NCBI GenBank assembly: GCA_964362795.1
Contig: CAYIFW010000001.1
Location: forward strand, 14,483-68,165
Direction of reading: 5' to 3'
From: an uncultured Planctomycetales bacterium
GTDB taxonomy: Bacteria; Omnitrophota; Gorgyraeia; Gygaellales; Profunditerraquicolaceae
Length of the DNA: 53,683 bases
Shown: positions 43,086-52,368 of the stretch, piece by piece
How positions within the stretch are numbered: the stretch's first letter is position 1
Layout of the letters: the number at the start of each line of letters is the position of its first letter
Program-made: the position numbers and the translations under genes
Notes under the pieces: model-generated
The model's database searches: none
Seen by the model: only the letters and a program-made list of their open reading frames with translations
What the model was told of the DNA's origin: nothing

Positions 43086-46000
43086 CGGTATACTCTCCTA
43101 AATCCGCTTTTTTGGCAGACTTAGTCTGCTCCAATATACGCTTGTATTCTAAAGGCATAACTTTAATAAAAATTCCGGAATATTTGCGGAAATTATCCAA
43201 GACTTCTTTAGCTTGGGGGCTTTGTGTATATTTATGGTGATTAAATAATAAATTTTTAATCGTCTCTACGTCTCCAACATCTATTTTCTCTAAAACTACC
43301 ATATCTAAATTGCATCTTTTCTTAAAATCGCTTCCCTCATCCAGGCAATAAGCAATCCCACCGGACATCCCTGCCCCAAAATTCCTTCCGGTTCTTCCTA
43401 AAACCACAACCCTGCCTCCGGTCATATACTCGCATCCGTGATCTCCTAATCCTTCAACCACCGCATTTAATCCGGAATTTCTAATGCAGAATCTTTCTCC
43501 GGCAATTCCCCTGATATACGCTTCTCCGCTAATTGCTCCATAAAAAGTGGTATTGCCGATAATAATATTTTTATCCGTCGGATAATCCGTTTTTCTATCC
43601 GGGTAAATTATAATTTTGCCTCCGGATATTCCTTTGCCCACATAATCATTAGCCATTCCTTCCAGCGTAAAAGTAACCCCCTTGGCTAAGAAGGCCCCAA
43701 AACTTTGCCCGGCTATCCCTTTAAAATTACATTTAATCGTATCGGGCGGCAATCCGCTTTCCCCGAATCTTCTACAAACCTCTCCGCTTAACATCGCCCC
43801 GGTAGCACGATTTACATTTTCGATTCTCTGATCCATCCGCACAGATTGAGATTGATCTAATGCCGGTTTAGCTAGTTCTATAAGTTTTAGATCCAGAATT
43901 TTATCCAGGCCGTGGTCCTGTTTTTTAGAATAATGCGTAATTACCGATTCCGGAACAAGTGGCTTATAAAGAATTTTAGAAAAATCGATTTCTTTAGCCT
44001 TCCAGGGTAGGATCTCCTGATTTAATTCCAGCAGATCTACTTTACCAACCATATCCTCTAATTTTCTTAGGCCTAGAGAACTCATAATTTGGCGCAGTTC
44101 ATTGGCAATAAAAGTAAAATAATTTATAATAAATTCCGGCCGGCCGGTAAATCTTTTTTCTAAGACCTCATCCTGAGTGGCAATTCCGACCGAACAATTA
44201 TTTAAATTACAATGCCGCAACATTACGCATCCTAAGACAATTAACACTGCAGTACAGAATCCAAATTCCTCAGCGCCCAATAAAGCGGCAATGGCGACAT
44301 CGCGTCCGGTACGCATCTGGCCGTCGGTTTGCAGTCGCACTCTACTGCGTAAATCATTTAGCACTAAAGTCTGATGCGTCTCTGCCAGGCCTAACTCCCA
44401 AGGAAGGCCAGCATATTTAATTGAACTCAAAGGAGAAGCACCGGTGCCTCCGTCCTGGCCTGAAATGAGAATCATATCCGCATGCCCCTTGGCCACGCCG
44501 GCGGCTATCGTACCTACACCGATTTCAGAAACTAATTTTACGCTAATCCGCGCTTGGGGATTTACATTTTTTAGATCAAAAATAAGCTGCGCTAAATCTT
44601 CAATCGAATAAATATCATGATGCGGAGGAGGAGATATTAATGTAACTCCGGGTGTGGTATAACGGGTCTTGGCGATTATTGCGCTCACCTTATGCCCGGG
44701 AAGCTGGCCACCTTCTCCGGGTTTTGCGCCCTGAGCCATCTTAATCTGTATTTCATCGGCATTAATTAAATAATTTGTGGTTACACCGAATCGTCCGGAA
44801 GCAACCTGCTTGATTGCGCTCCGAACAGAATCACCGTTAGGAAATGGAGTAAAACGCACAGGATCTTCTCCTCCTTCTCCGGTATTAGATCTACCTTTTA
44901 ATCTATTCATGGCAATGGCGATTGTTTCATGCGTAGAGCGGCTAATTGAACCGAAGCTCATTGCTCCGGTAGCAAACCTTTTGACAATTTCTTCAACCGG
45001 CTCAACTTCATCTAAGGCAATAGTGTTTTGGATTTTAAATTTCAGCAGGCTTCTTAAAGTAGTCGGATTAGCCGACTGATCATTAATCAAATTGGAAAAC
45101 TCCTGATATTTTTTGGCATCATTATTACGCGCCGCGTCCTGTAAAGCAGCAATACTCTGAGGGTTCCAGAGATGAAATTCTCCGTCGCGTTTCCACTGAT
45201 AAAGGCCGCCTGAGGAAAGATAATTTTCACTCTGAGGCCGTCTCGGGAATGCCTCTTGATGGCGCATAATCGTCTCTTTAGCAATTACATCTAAAGCTAC
45301 GCCGTTAATCCTGGAAGAGGTACCGGCAAAATATTTATCAATTACATTTTTATTTAATCCCACCGCTTCAAAAATCTGGGCTCCGCGGTAACTTTGCAAA
45401 GTTGAGATACCCATTTTAGAAAGAACTTTAAGAATTCCCTTATCAATGGCTTTGATATAATTATGTTTTGCCTTAGCTGCATCCAGATTAAGCTCTTTAT
45501 CTTGGGCCATCTTCTCCAAAGCTTTGAAAACAAGATACGGATTAACGCAATCCACTCCGTAGGCAAAAAGTAGGGCAAAATGGTTTACCTCGCGCGGCTC
45601 AGCACTTTCTAAAATAATACCAATCTGAGTCCGCAAAGAACGTTGCACTAAATAGTGGTGCAGCGCTGAGACTGCCAAAAGGCTGGGAATACCGGCATAA
45701 TCCCTTCTGACTCCCCGATCACTTAAAATAATGAAGGTATAGCCATTTTTTATTGCCGCTTCTGCTTCCTTAAATATTTTCTTAAGCTCTTTAGAAAAAT
45801 CTATTCTTCCATCTACCTTAAAAAGCAATGAAATAGTTTTAGTTTTAAAACCGTTCTTTTTTATTTTACATATCTTAGCCATCTCGCTATCGCTTAAGAT
45901 CGGCCGGCTCACTAATAATTTGTGGCAATGGCTTTGCCCATCGCTTAAAATATTTTCTTCCGGCCCTAAATAACTTGCTAAGCTCATTACCAATTCTTCG

Positions 46001-47691
46001 CGGATAGGATCAATCGGAGGATTAGTTACCTGAGCAAACAATTGCTTAAAATAGGAGAACAAAAGTTGCGGTTTGATTGAAAGCACTGCGTGCGGAGTAT
46101 CATTACCCATTGAGCCCACCGGCTCCTGAGCATTTTCAGCCATTGGCTTGATAATTGTTTTTAAGTCTTCACGAGTATATCCAAAAGCTTTTAACTGCGT
46201 TAAAGTATCCGCCTTATCTTTTTTGAGAGTTTCATTTTTCAAATTATCCAGCTCTAATATATTTTTATTAACCCATTGCTCATAAGGTTTGGCCTTGGCT
46301 AGTTCTTTTTTTATCTGGCTATCTTCAATAATGCAGCCGGCTTTAGTATCGATAAAAAATGCCTTGCCCGGCTCAAGCCGGCCCGAATGAAGAATACGGG
46401 CAGGATCAATATCTAAAACTCCTACCTCCGAAGCCATGACCACAAAGTCATCTTTAGTCACAATATAGCGGCACGGCCGCAAACCATTACGATCAAGAAC
46501 TGCTCCGATAGAATCACCGTCAGTAAAAGCAATCGCTGCCGGGCCATCCCAAGGTTCAATAAGGCAGGTGTGGTATTTATGAAAAGCCCTGACGTCTTGG
46601 GCCAGCAGATTATTCTGCTCCCAGGCAGCCGGTATGAGCATTGAAATTGCATGCACCAGGCTTCTGCCTGACAAAAATAAAAGCTCAAAAACATTATCCA
46701 GGGTCGCTGAATCGCTTCCCTCTGGTACAATTACCGGGAATATCTTCTTTAAATCCTTGCCAAATAATTCGCTTTTTAAGAAGTTTTGGCGGGCACGCAT
46801 CCAGTTAATATTGCCCCTTAAAGTATTAATTTCTCCGTTATGGGCGATAAATCTAAATGGCTGGGAAAGGTCCCAAGTAGGAAAAGTATTGGTCGAATAA
46901 CGCGAATGCACTAGGGCCAAAGCACTTTTAATCTCTTGGGAATTTAAATCCACGAAGAAACTTTCTACCTGATGCGGCATAAGCAGGCCTTTATAGATAA
47001 AAGTCCGGCTGGATAAGCTGGGAATATAAAAAAATGTTTTTTGTTTTATTTTAGATGCACGAACAATATTTTCAACCTGCTTACGAATCACATAAAGCTT
47101 TCTTTCAAAAGCTAAATTATCTAAATTGTCATTGCGAGGAGCCGTAGGCGACGAAGCAATCTCAACTAGATTGCTTCGCCCCTTCGGGGCTCGCAATGAC
47201 TTCAGGTTTACGCCAATAAATATTTGTTCAATTACCGGCTGGGTATCTTTAGCGCTCTGGCCAATATCAGAGCTATCTACCGGCACACTACGCCAGCCCA
47301 AAAATTTCTGAGATTCATCATTAATAATTCTTTCAAATGTTTCTTTGCAGAATTTACGTTCTTTAACCTCTTGGGGTAAAAATACTAATCCGGAAGCATA
47401 CTGGCCTTCTTGAGGCAAGCTAATATTATCTTTTTTACATACCGAAACGAAAAATTCATGCGGAAACTGAATAAGTAAACCTGCTCCATCACCAGTTTTC
47501 GGGTCTGCTCCGGTTGCCCCGCGATGGCTCAGCCGCCTGAGAACCTCCAAGCCTTGCTTAACAATATCATTACTCTTCTTACCTTTAATATTGCAAACAA
47601 ACCCTACGCCGCAGGAATCATGCTCAAACTGCGGATCGTATAAACCCTGTTTTTTTGGCAAATACATCTGTTTCATAAGCTTGTTTTCCAT
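43078..47691 (-). CDS. gltB: Glutamate synthase large subunit
   Basis: 1537 aa. Ntn amidotransferase N-terminus (HDSCGVGFV), FMN/3Fe-4S central domains and a C-terminal GXGXG beta-helix. It contains an in-frame palindromic insertion at 47128-47200. Confidence 0.95.
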   Translation of the reverse strand: MENKLMKQMYLPKKQGLYDPQFEHDSCGVGFVCNIKGKKSNDIVKQGLEVLRRLSHRGATGADPKTGDGAGLLIQFPHEFFVSVCKKDNISLPQEGQYASGLVFLPQEVKERKFCKETFERIINDESQKFLGWRSVPVDSSDIGQSAKDTQPVIEQIFIGVNLKSLRAPKGRSNLVEIASSPTAPRNDNLDNLAFERKLYVIRKQVENIVRASKIKQKTFFYIPSLSSRTFIYKGLLMPHQVESFFVDLNSQEIKSALALVHSRYSTNTFPTWDLSQPFRFIAHNGEINTLRGNINWMRARQNFLKSELFGKDLKKIFPVIVPEGSDSATLDNVFELLFLSGRSLVHAISMLIPAAWEQNNLLAQDVRAFHKYHTCLIEPWDGPAAIAFTDGDSIGAVLDRNGLRPCRYIVTKDDFVVMASEVGVLDIDPARILHSGRLEPGKAFFIDTKAGCIIEDSQIKKELAKAKPYEQWVNKNILELDNLKNETLKKDKADTLTQLKAFGYTREDLKTIIKPMAENAQEPVGSMGNDTPHAVLSIKPQLLFSYFKQLFAQVTNPPIDPIREELVMSLASYLGPEENILSDGQSHCHKLLVSRPILSDSEMAKICKIKKNGFKTKTISLLFKVDGRIDFSKELKKIFKEAEAAIKNGYTFIILSDRGVRRDYAGIPSLLAVSALHHYLVQRSLRTQIGIILESAEPREVNHFALLFAYGVDCVNPYLVFKALEKMAQDKELNLDAAKAKHNYIKAIDKGILKVLSKMGISTLQSYRGAQIFEAVGLNKNVIDKYFAGTSSRINGVALDVIAKETIMRHQEAFPRRPQSENYLSSGGLYQWKRDGEFHLWNPQSIAALQDAARNNDAKKYQEFSNLINDQSANPTTLRSLLKFKIQNTIALDEVEPVEEIVKRFATGAMSFGSISRSTHETIAIAMNRLKGRSNTGEGGEDPVRFTPFPNGDSVRSAIKQVASGRFGVTTNYLINADEIQIKMAQGAKPGEGGQLPGHKVSAIIAKTRYTTPGVTLISPPPHHDIYSIEDLAQLIFDLKNVNPQARISVKLVSEIGVGTIAAGVAKGHADMILISGQDGGTGASPLSSIKYAGLPWELGLAETHQTLVLNDLRSRVRLQTDGQMRTGRDVAIAALLGAEEFGFCTAVLIVLGCVMLRHCNLNNCSVGIATQDEVLEKRFTGRPEFIINYFTFIANELRQIMSSLGLRKLEDMVGKVDLLELNQEILPWKAKEIDFSKILYKPLVPESVITHYSKKQDHGLDKILDLKLIELAKPALDQSQSVRMDQRIENVNRATGAMLSGEVCRRFGESGLPPDTIKCNFKGIAGQSFGAFLAKGVTFTLEGMANDYVGKGISGGKIIIYPDRKTDYPTDKNIIIGNTTFYGAISGEAYIRGIAGERFCIRNSGLNAVVEGLGDHGCEYMTGGRVVVLGRTGRNFGAGMSGGIAYCLDEGSDFKKRCNLDMVVLEKIDVGDVETIKNLLFNHHKYTQSPQAKEVLDNFRKYSGIFIKVMPLEYKRILEQTKSAKKADLGEYTDG
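47128..47200. repeat. Nested-palindrome, MITE/REP-like element inserted in frame within gltB
   Basis: Outer arms gtcattgcgag (47128-47138) / ctcgcaatgac (47190-47200). Inner arms gaagcaatc (47153-47161) / gattgcttc (47169-47177). It encodes ...SLRAPKGRSNLVEIASSPTAPRND... Confidence 0.7.
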
Positions 47692-48056
47692 CTTGATACA
47701 TCAATACCTAATTTGTTTATCTTTGAACGCATCGTGTTGCGGTTAATCCCCAGGATCCTGGCAGCTTTAAGCTGATTGCCTTCACAGCGCTCTAATGTCT
47801 GTTCAAGCAAAGGTTTCTCTATTGCTTCTAAAACGGTTTTATATAATACCCCCTTTTTTTCAATAAACAAAGAACTTTCTAATTCGATTACTTTGTCCTT
47901 AATAAAAACTAAATCCCTGATGCAATCTTTCTTGACCACCCGGACTACATTTCCATGATTAGCATCAGCGGATAAACTATACCCTTCCTGCTCTAACATT
48001 TTAGTCAGAGCCTCCTTTGCCTTTAACTCATCTTCGGTAATCAATATAGTAATCAT
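47673..48056 (-). CDS. Small Fis/NtrC-type HTH regulator with a truncated receiver-like N-terminus and no AAA+ domain
   Basis: C-terminal CEGNQLKAARILGINRNTMRSKINKLGI (NtrC/Fis HTH_8 pattern). The N-terminal MITILITEDE...IRDLVFIKD resembles only the first half of a receiver. I chose the ATG at 48054-48056. The 3' end overlaps the gltB start. Confidence 0.65.
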   Translation of the reverse strand: MITILITEDELKAKEALTKMLEQEGYSLSADANHGNVVRVVKKDCIRDLVFIKDKVIELESSLFIEKKGVLYKTVLEAIEKPLLEQTLERCEGNQLKAARILGINRNTMRSKINKLGIDVSRWKTSL

Positions 48057-48214
48057 TTTTTGCCCAAACTTTATGCAGTGCTCGCGATAAAAATAAACGT
48101 TCACTTTGGCAAAAAAACAGTTTTAGCCATCATGAACGTCTATGTTCTTTTTTTAGAATCTAGGCACAACAATGTGTCTAAATCTAGGAGTAAAATCGAG
48201 GTTACTGTGGTAAC

Positions 48215-50410
48215 CTATTTTATAAATAACATTTCCCGATACTTGGGTAGATCCCAGGCATCATCGGAAACCACGCACTCTAACTGATCAACATGCTTTC
48301 TAATGTGCTCCATCAAAGGTTTAAGCTCCTGAAAATAAAGCTCGGCGCGTTTTTCATTGCTCAACGTTTTGGCCCTCTCGAGCAATTTAACCATCTCGCC
48401 GACATTCCTGCGCACATAATAAATCTTGGCAACTATTTCAGCTAGATGCTCCTTCTTATCCTTGAGCGCTCCAACTTCAATTTTTAAGCCGGCATCTTTC
48501 TGTAGCTTTACTAACGCATCCAGATTTAACGCCAACAATTTCTCATATTCATAACCTGCCGGAACCACTGAAGCATTAACCAACTCACTTAAGGTATTGG
48601 CTTCAATCTCCAGGGTCAGATTATACATATGGATCCAAATATGATAACGGGCAACCAGCTCTTCCTTAGAGAAGACCTTATACTTCTCAAAAAGCGCGAT
48701 ATTCTCTTTTTTCGTTAAAGCTTCGAGTGATTCATAAGTTGAAGCGATATTCGGCAATCCGCGTTTCTTGGCTTCTTTAATCCATTCTTCCGCGTAATTA
48801 TTTCCTTCAAAACGGATATCTTTGGTCTCTTTGACAATCTTAGAGATTACCAGTAATACCGCAGAATTAAAATCCTTACCCGTAGATGTGGCCCGCTTAA
48901 TGCTATCAGCAACATAATCAAGGCTCTCGGCAATAATCGTGTTAATTACCGCAATCGGCGTTGAAATATTCTGCGATGAACCGACGGCACGGAATTCAAA
49001 CTTTGCTCCGGTAAAAGCAAAAGGCGAGGTGCGATTGCGGTCAGTTGAATCCTTGTTAAATTTAGGCAAGCGATCTATACCTAAATCAATAATATCGGCT
49101 TTAGAAACTTTAGACTTAACCCCTTTCTCAATCATATTCAGAATAGAGGTAAGTTGAGCTCCTAAAAAAACACTAATAATTGCCGGAGGAGCTTCATTGG
49201 CACCTAAACGATGTTCATTACCGGCCAAGGCCACCGAGGCGCGCAAAAGATCACCATGTAAATAAACTGCTCTTAAAACCGCGGCTAAAACTGCTAAGAA
49301 CTGTAAATTATCCTCCGGAGTTTTTCCGGGATTAAGCAGGTTATTACCCGAATCATCCGCCAGCGACCAATTTAAGTGTTTTCCGCTGCCGTTGATTCCG
49401 GCAAAAGGTTTCTCATGCAAAAGACAAACCATGCCATGCCTTAAAGCAACTTTCTTCATTAATTCCATAAGTAATTGATTATGATCCGCGGCGATATTCG
49501 ATTCTTCAAATATCGGAGCAAATTCATATTGATGCGGGGCAACTTCATTATGCCGGGTCATTACAGGAATTCCTAATTTATAAGCCTCTTCCCCCACCTC
49601 AAACATAAAATTCACGACTCGCTCTTTAATTGTACCAAAATACTGGTCTTCTAACTGCTGGCCTTTAGGAGAAGGAGCGCCGACTAAAGTGCGGCCGGTC
49701 ATAATTAAATCCTGACGTAAATTATAATAATTTTTATCAATTAAGAAATACTCCTGCTCTGCTCCACACGTAGAAAATATCTTTTTTACATTCTTATGGC
49801 CGAAAAGTTTAATCAGGCCTACGGCGGCATTATTCAATGCTTCATCTGAACGCAAAAGCGGCAACTTTTTATCTAAGGCTTCTCCATGGTAAGAGATAAA
49901 TATCGTGGGGATACATAAAGTTTTACCCAGCTTACTTTCGATAATGAACGCCGGACTGGAAGGATCCCAGGCGGTATAACCTCTGGCTTCAAAAGTTGCG
50001 CGAATTCCGCCTGAGGGAAAACTGGAAGCGTCCGGTTCACCTTGAATTAATTTATTTCCCGAAAATTTCTCAATTACTTTACCGGGTGCGGTTATCGAAA
50101 TAAAACTATCATGTTTCTCGGCGGTAAGCCCGGTCATCGGTTGAAACCAATGAGTATAATAGGTAGCGCCTTTAGCCATCGCCCAGCCTTTCATTGCGCC
50201 GGCAATCTCATTGGCCTGTTCCATAGAGATGGTCTTACCCTCAGACATCCAAAGCTTAAAAGCTCCGAATGTAGGCTTGGAAATATGCTTCTGCATAGTT
50301 TCAGTGCTAAAAGTATTTTCGCCAAAATAAGAAGATACTTTTTTAGGAGAATCTATTTTCTCTAATTCCGTGCTTTTAATTTTAAATAAAACTTTCTGTC
50401 TTATGCTCAT
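48215..50410 (-). CDS. glnN: Glutamine synthetase type III
   Basis: 731 aa, the length typical of GSIII. Catalytic-domain motifs include NGSGKHLNWS and NEVAPHQYE. Confidence 0.9.
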   Translation of the reverse strand: MSIRQKVLFKIKSTELEKIDSPKKVSSYFGENTFSTETMQKHISKPTFGAFKLWMSEGKTISMEQANEIAGAMKGWAMAKGATYYTHWFQPMTGLTAEKHDSFISITAPGKVIEKFSGNKLIQGEPDASSFPSGGIRATFEARGYTAWDPSSPAFIIESKLGKTLCIPTIFISYHGEALDKKLPLLRSDEALNNAAVGLIKLFGHKNVKKIFSTCGAEQEYFLIDKNYYNLRQDLIMTGRTLVGAPSPKGQQLEDQYFGTIKERVVNFMFEVGEEAYKLGIPVMTRHNEVAPHQYEFAPIFEESNIAADHNQLLMELMKKVALRHGMVCLLHEKPFAGINGSGKHLNWSLADDSGNNLLNPGKTPEDNLQFLAVLAAVLRAVYLHGDLLRASVALAGNEHRLGANEAPPAIISVFLGAQLTSILNMIEKGVKSKVSKADIIDLGIDRLPKFNKDSTDRNRTSPFAFTGAKFEFRAVGSSQNISTPIAVINTIIAESLDYVADSIKRATSTGKDFNSAVLLVISKIVKETKDIRFEGNNYAEEWIKEAKKRGLPNIASTYESLEALTKKENIALFEKYKVFSKEELVARYHIWIHMYNLTLEIEANTLSELVNASVVPAGYEYEKLLALNLDALVKLQKDAGLKIEVGALKDKKEHLAEIVAKIYYVRRNVGEMVKLLERAKTLSNEKRAELYFQELKPLMEHIRKHVDQLECVVSDDAWDLPKYREMLFIK

Positions 50411-50548
50411 TTCTTCCCCCTTTACATATTAATGAAATTGTTTATGTATTCTATCATAAACCCAAAAAAATAAAAGGGACATTCTAAACCCCAGAACGCC
50501 CTGCTCTCTAATTACAAGTAAAAAACTCAGGGCTCTGGTAATCTATTT

Positions 50549-50890
50549 TTATCCTATTGCAGTACTTCCGCGTTCTTCGGTACGGATACGAATACATTCT
50601 TTAAGATCAAGAATAAAAATTTTTCCATCCCCGGTCTCACCGGTTTTAGCACCTTTGACAATAGCTTTGATTGTCCGATCAAGATAGTCATCATTTACGG
50701 CAATCTCCAGGCGGATCTTTCGCAGAAGATTTCCGGTTTCCTTAGCACCACGATAAACTTCCGTCACCCCTTTTTGTCTTCCATGCCCCAAAACTTCACT
50801 CACAGTAATCAGGCTTATTTGGGCTTTATACAATTCTTCTTTTACTTCTTCTAATTTATACGGTTGAATTATCGCGATTACCAGTTTCAT
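50549..50890 (-). CDS. glnB: P-II nitrogen regulatory protein
   Basis: MKLVIAIIQPYKLEEVKE..., T-loop GRQKGVTEVYRGAKE, and GDGKIFI. I chose the ATG at 50888-50890 because GGAGG (50896-50900) precedes it by 5 nt. Confidence 0.92.
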   Translation of the reverse strand: MKLVIAIIQPYKLEEVKEELYKAQISLITVSEVLGHGRQKGVTEVYRGAKETGNLLRKIRLEIAVNDDYLDRTIKAIVKGAKTGETGDGKIFILDLKECIRIRTEERGSTAIG

Positions 50891-50913
50891 AGATACCTCC
50901 AAGTTTAAATCTC

Positions 50914-50943
50914 GGGGACGGTTCTCTTGAGAGAACCGTCCCC
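50914..50943 (-). other. Perfect 13-bp GC-rich hairpin between amt and the P-II gene
   Basis: ggggacggttctc (50914-50926), loop ttga, gagaaccgtcccc (50931-50943). It lies 6 nt after the amt stop. No U-tract follows on the minus-strand transcript. Confidence 0.6.
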
Positions 50944-50949
50944 ATGTTT

Positions 50950-52179
50950 TTACTCTAATATAGTATAAGCTCTCTCTCTATGTTGAGTAAGGTCAAGTCC
51001 GACTAACTCATCCTTCTCACTTACGCGCATCCTAAAGAAAATATCTACGAGCTTATAAATAACAAAGGTAACAATAAAAGTGTAGGCTACCGCAACTGCC
51101 ACCGCTAATAATTGTATAAGCAATTGCTTAGGATTACCATATAATAAACCGTTTGCGCCGGCAGGATTTATTACTTTAGAAGCCAATACTCCGGTTAAAA
51201 GCGTGCCAAGTATCCCTCCGACGCCATGCACGCCAAAAGCATCCAAAGAATCATCGTAACCAAAACGCGGCTTCGTTACCGCCACCGCGATAAAACAAAT
51301 TATACTGGCTGAAATGCCGATAATAATCGCGGAAATCGGGCTCACATATCCGGATGCGGGAGTAATGGTAGCTAATCCAGCAATTGAACCGGTGACGATA
51401 CCGAAAACCGTAGGTTTACCATTACGTATCCATTCTAAAAACGCCCAACTTAAACCAGCTGCGGCCGCAGCAGTATTAGTTACGACAAAAGCATTTACCG
51501 CTAAGCCATTTACCGCCAAAGCGCTTCCGGCATTAAAACCATACCAGCCAAACCATAAAAGCGCCGTACCTAAAACTACAAAAGGAAGGTTATGCGGAGA
51601 CGGTGTATGTTCCAAGTTTTTTCTCTTGCCGATAACAATAGTGGTAACAAGAGCCGCGATTCCGGCACTGGTATGCACAACAATGCCTCCGGCAAAATCC
51701 AACACGCCAAGATTCTTAAGCCAGCCTCCTTCTCCCCAAACCCAATGACATAAAGGATCATAAACAAAAGTTGCCCAGAGCAAAGTAAAAACTAAAAACG
51801 CGGAAAATTTCATTCTCTCGGCAAACGCTCCGATAATCAATGCCGGGGTAATCACCGCGAACATCATCTGAAAAACCATAAATGCCTGATGCGGAATGGT
51901 TGCCGAATATCCCGCGTAAGGAGCTGCTCCCACTCCGTTTAAACCAAACCAACTTAAGCCTCCCCAGAATCCATTACCCGGAGCAAAAGCCAGGCTATAA
52001 CCAAAAAGTATCCATTGCAAAGACAATAAACATAAGGCAACGAAACATTGCATTAAAACACTTAAGATATTTTTCCTTCTAACCATACCGCCGTAGAAAA
52101 AAGCAAGGCCGGGGGTCATCAACATTACAAATGCCGCAGATAATAAAACAAATAACGTATCCGCCTGATTAATCATCAT
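50950..52179 (-). CDS. amt: Ammonium transporter (Amt family)
   Basis: 409 aa. FFYGGMVRRKN, DFAGGIVVHTSAG and DAFGVHGVGG. Confidence 0.95.
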   Translation of the reverse strand: MMINQADTLFVLLSAAFVMLMTPGLAFFYGGMVRRKNILSVLMQCFVALCLLSLQWILFGYSLAFAPGNGFWGGLSWFGLNGVGAAPYAGYSATIPHQAFMVFQMMFAVITPALIIGAFAERMKFSAFLVFTLLWATFVYDPLCHWVWGEGGWLKNLGVLDFAGGIVVHTSAGIAALVTTIVIGKRKNLEHTPSPHNLPFVVLGTALLWFGWYGFNAGSALAVNGLAVNAFVVTNTAAAAAGLSWAFLEWIRNGKPTVFGIVTGSIAGLATITPASGYVSPISAIIIGISASIICFIAVAVTKPRFGYDDSLDAFGVHGVGGILGTLLTGVLASKVINPAGANGLLYGNPKQLLIQLLAVAVAVAYTFIVTFVIYKLVDIFFRMRVSEKDELVGLDLTQHRERAYTILE

Positions 52180-52204
52180 ATCTCCTCTCTACAATTGATT
52201 ACCT

Positions 52205-52220
52205 AACTGAATAATCAGTT
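52205..52220. promoter_or_regulatory. Candidate operator (6-bp perfect inverted repeat) within a possible amt promoter
   Basis: AACTGA-ataa-TCAGTT. On the minus strand it fills the 18-nt spacer between TTTACA (52227-52222) and GGTAAT (52203-52198). Confidence 0.25.
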
Positions 52221-52368
52221 GTGTAAAAATTGGGTAAATAAAAAGGCACCTTTACGGATTTTTTAAAATCCATATCGGCGCCGACATTGCGCTTTTTTAT
52301 AAATAAACACTGCTGCGTGCTTATAATAATACAAGTAAACAATCGCCTAACTTGGTAACCTAAATTTA

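Noticed and set aside
48199-48214. GGTTAC-tgtg-GTAACC inverted repeat directly after the glnN stop, considered as a terminator or NtcA-like site
   Set aside because: The stem is only 6 bp with a 4-nt loop and has no following U-tract. It does not fit GTA-N8-TAC. It was kept only as a note.
50411-50548. Sigma54 (TGGCAC-N5-TTGCA) promoters upstream of glnN, and likewise in 52180-52368 (amt) and 48105-48214
   Set aside because: I scanned both strands by eye and found no GG/GC pair at the required 10-nt spacing. The closest candidates (for example AAGCACGCAGCAGTG near 52310) miss key positions.
51314-51952. ORFs 51314-51748 (+), 51576-51767 (-) and 51758-51952 (-) inside amt
   Set aside because: They are alternative frames of the ammonium transporter gene. 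Their Ala/Pro-rich translations carry no motifs.
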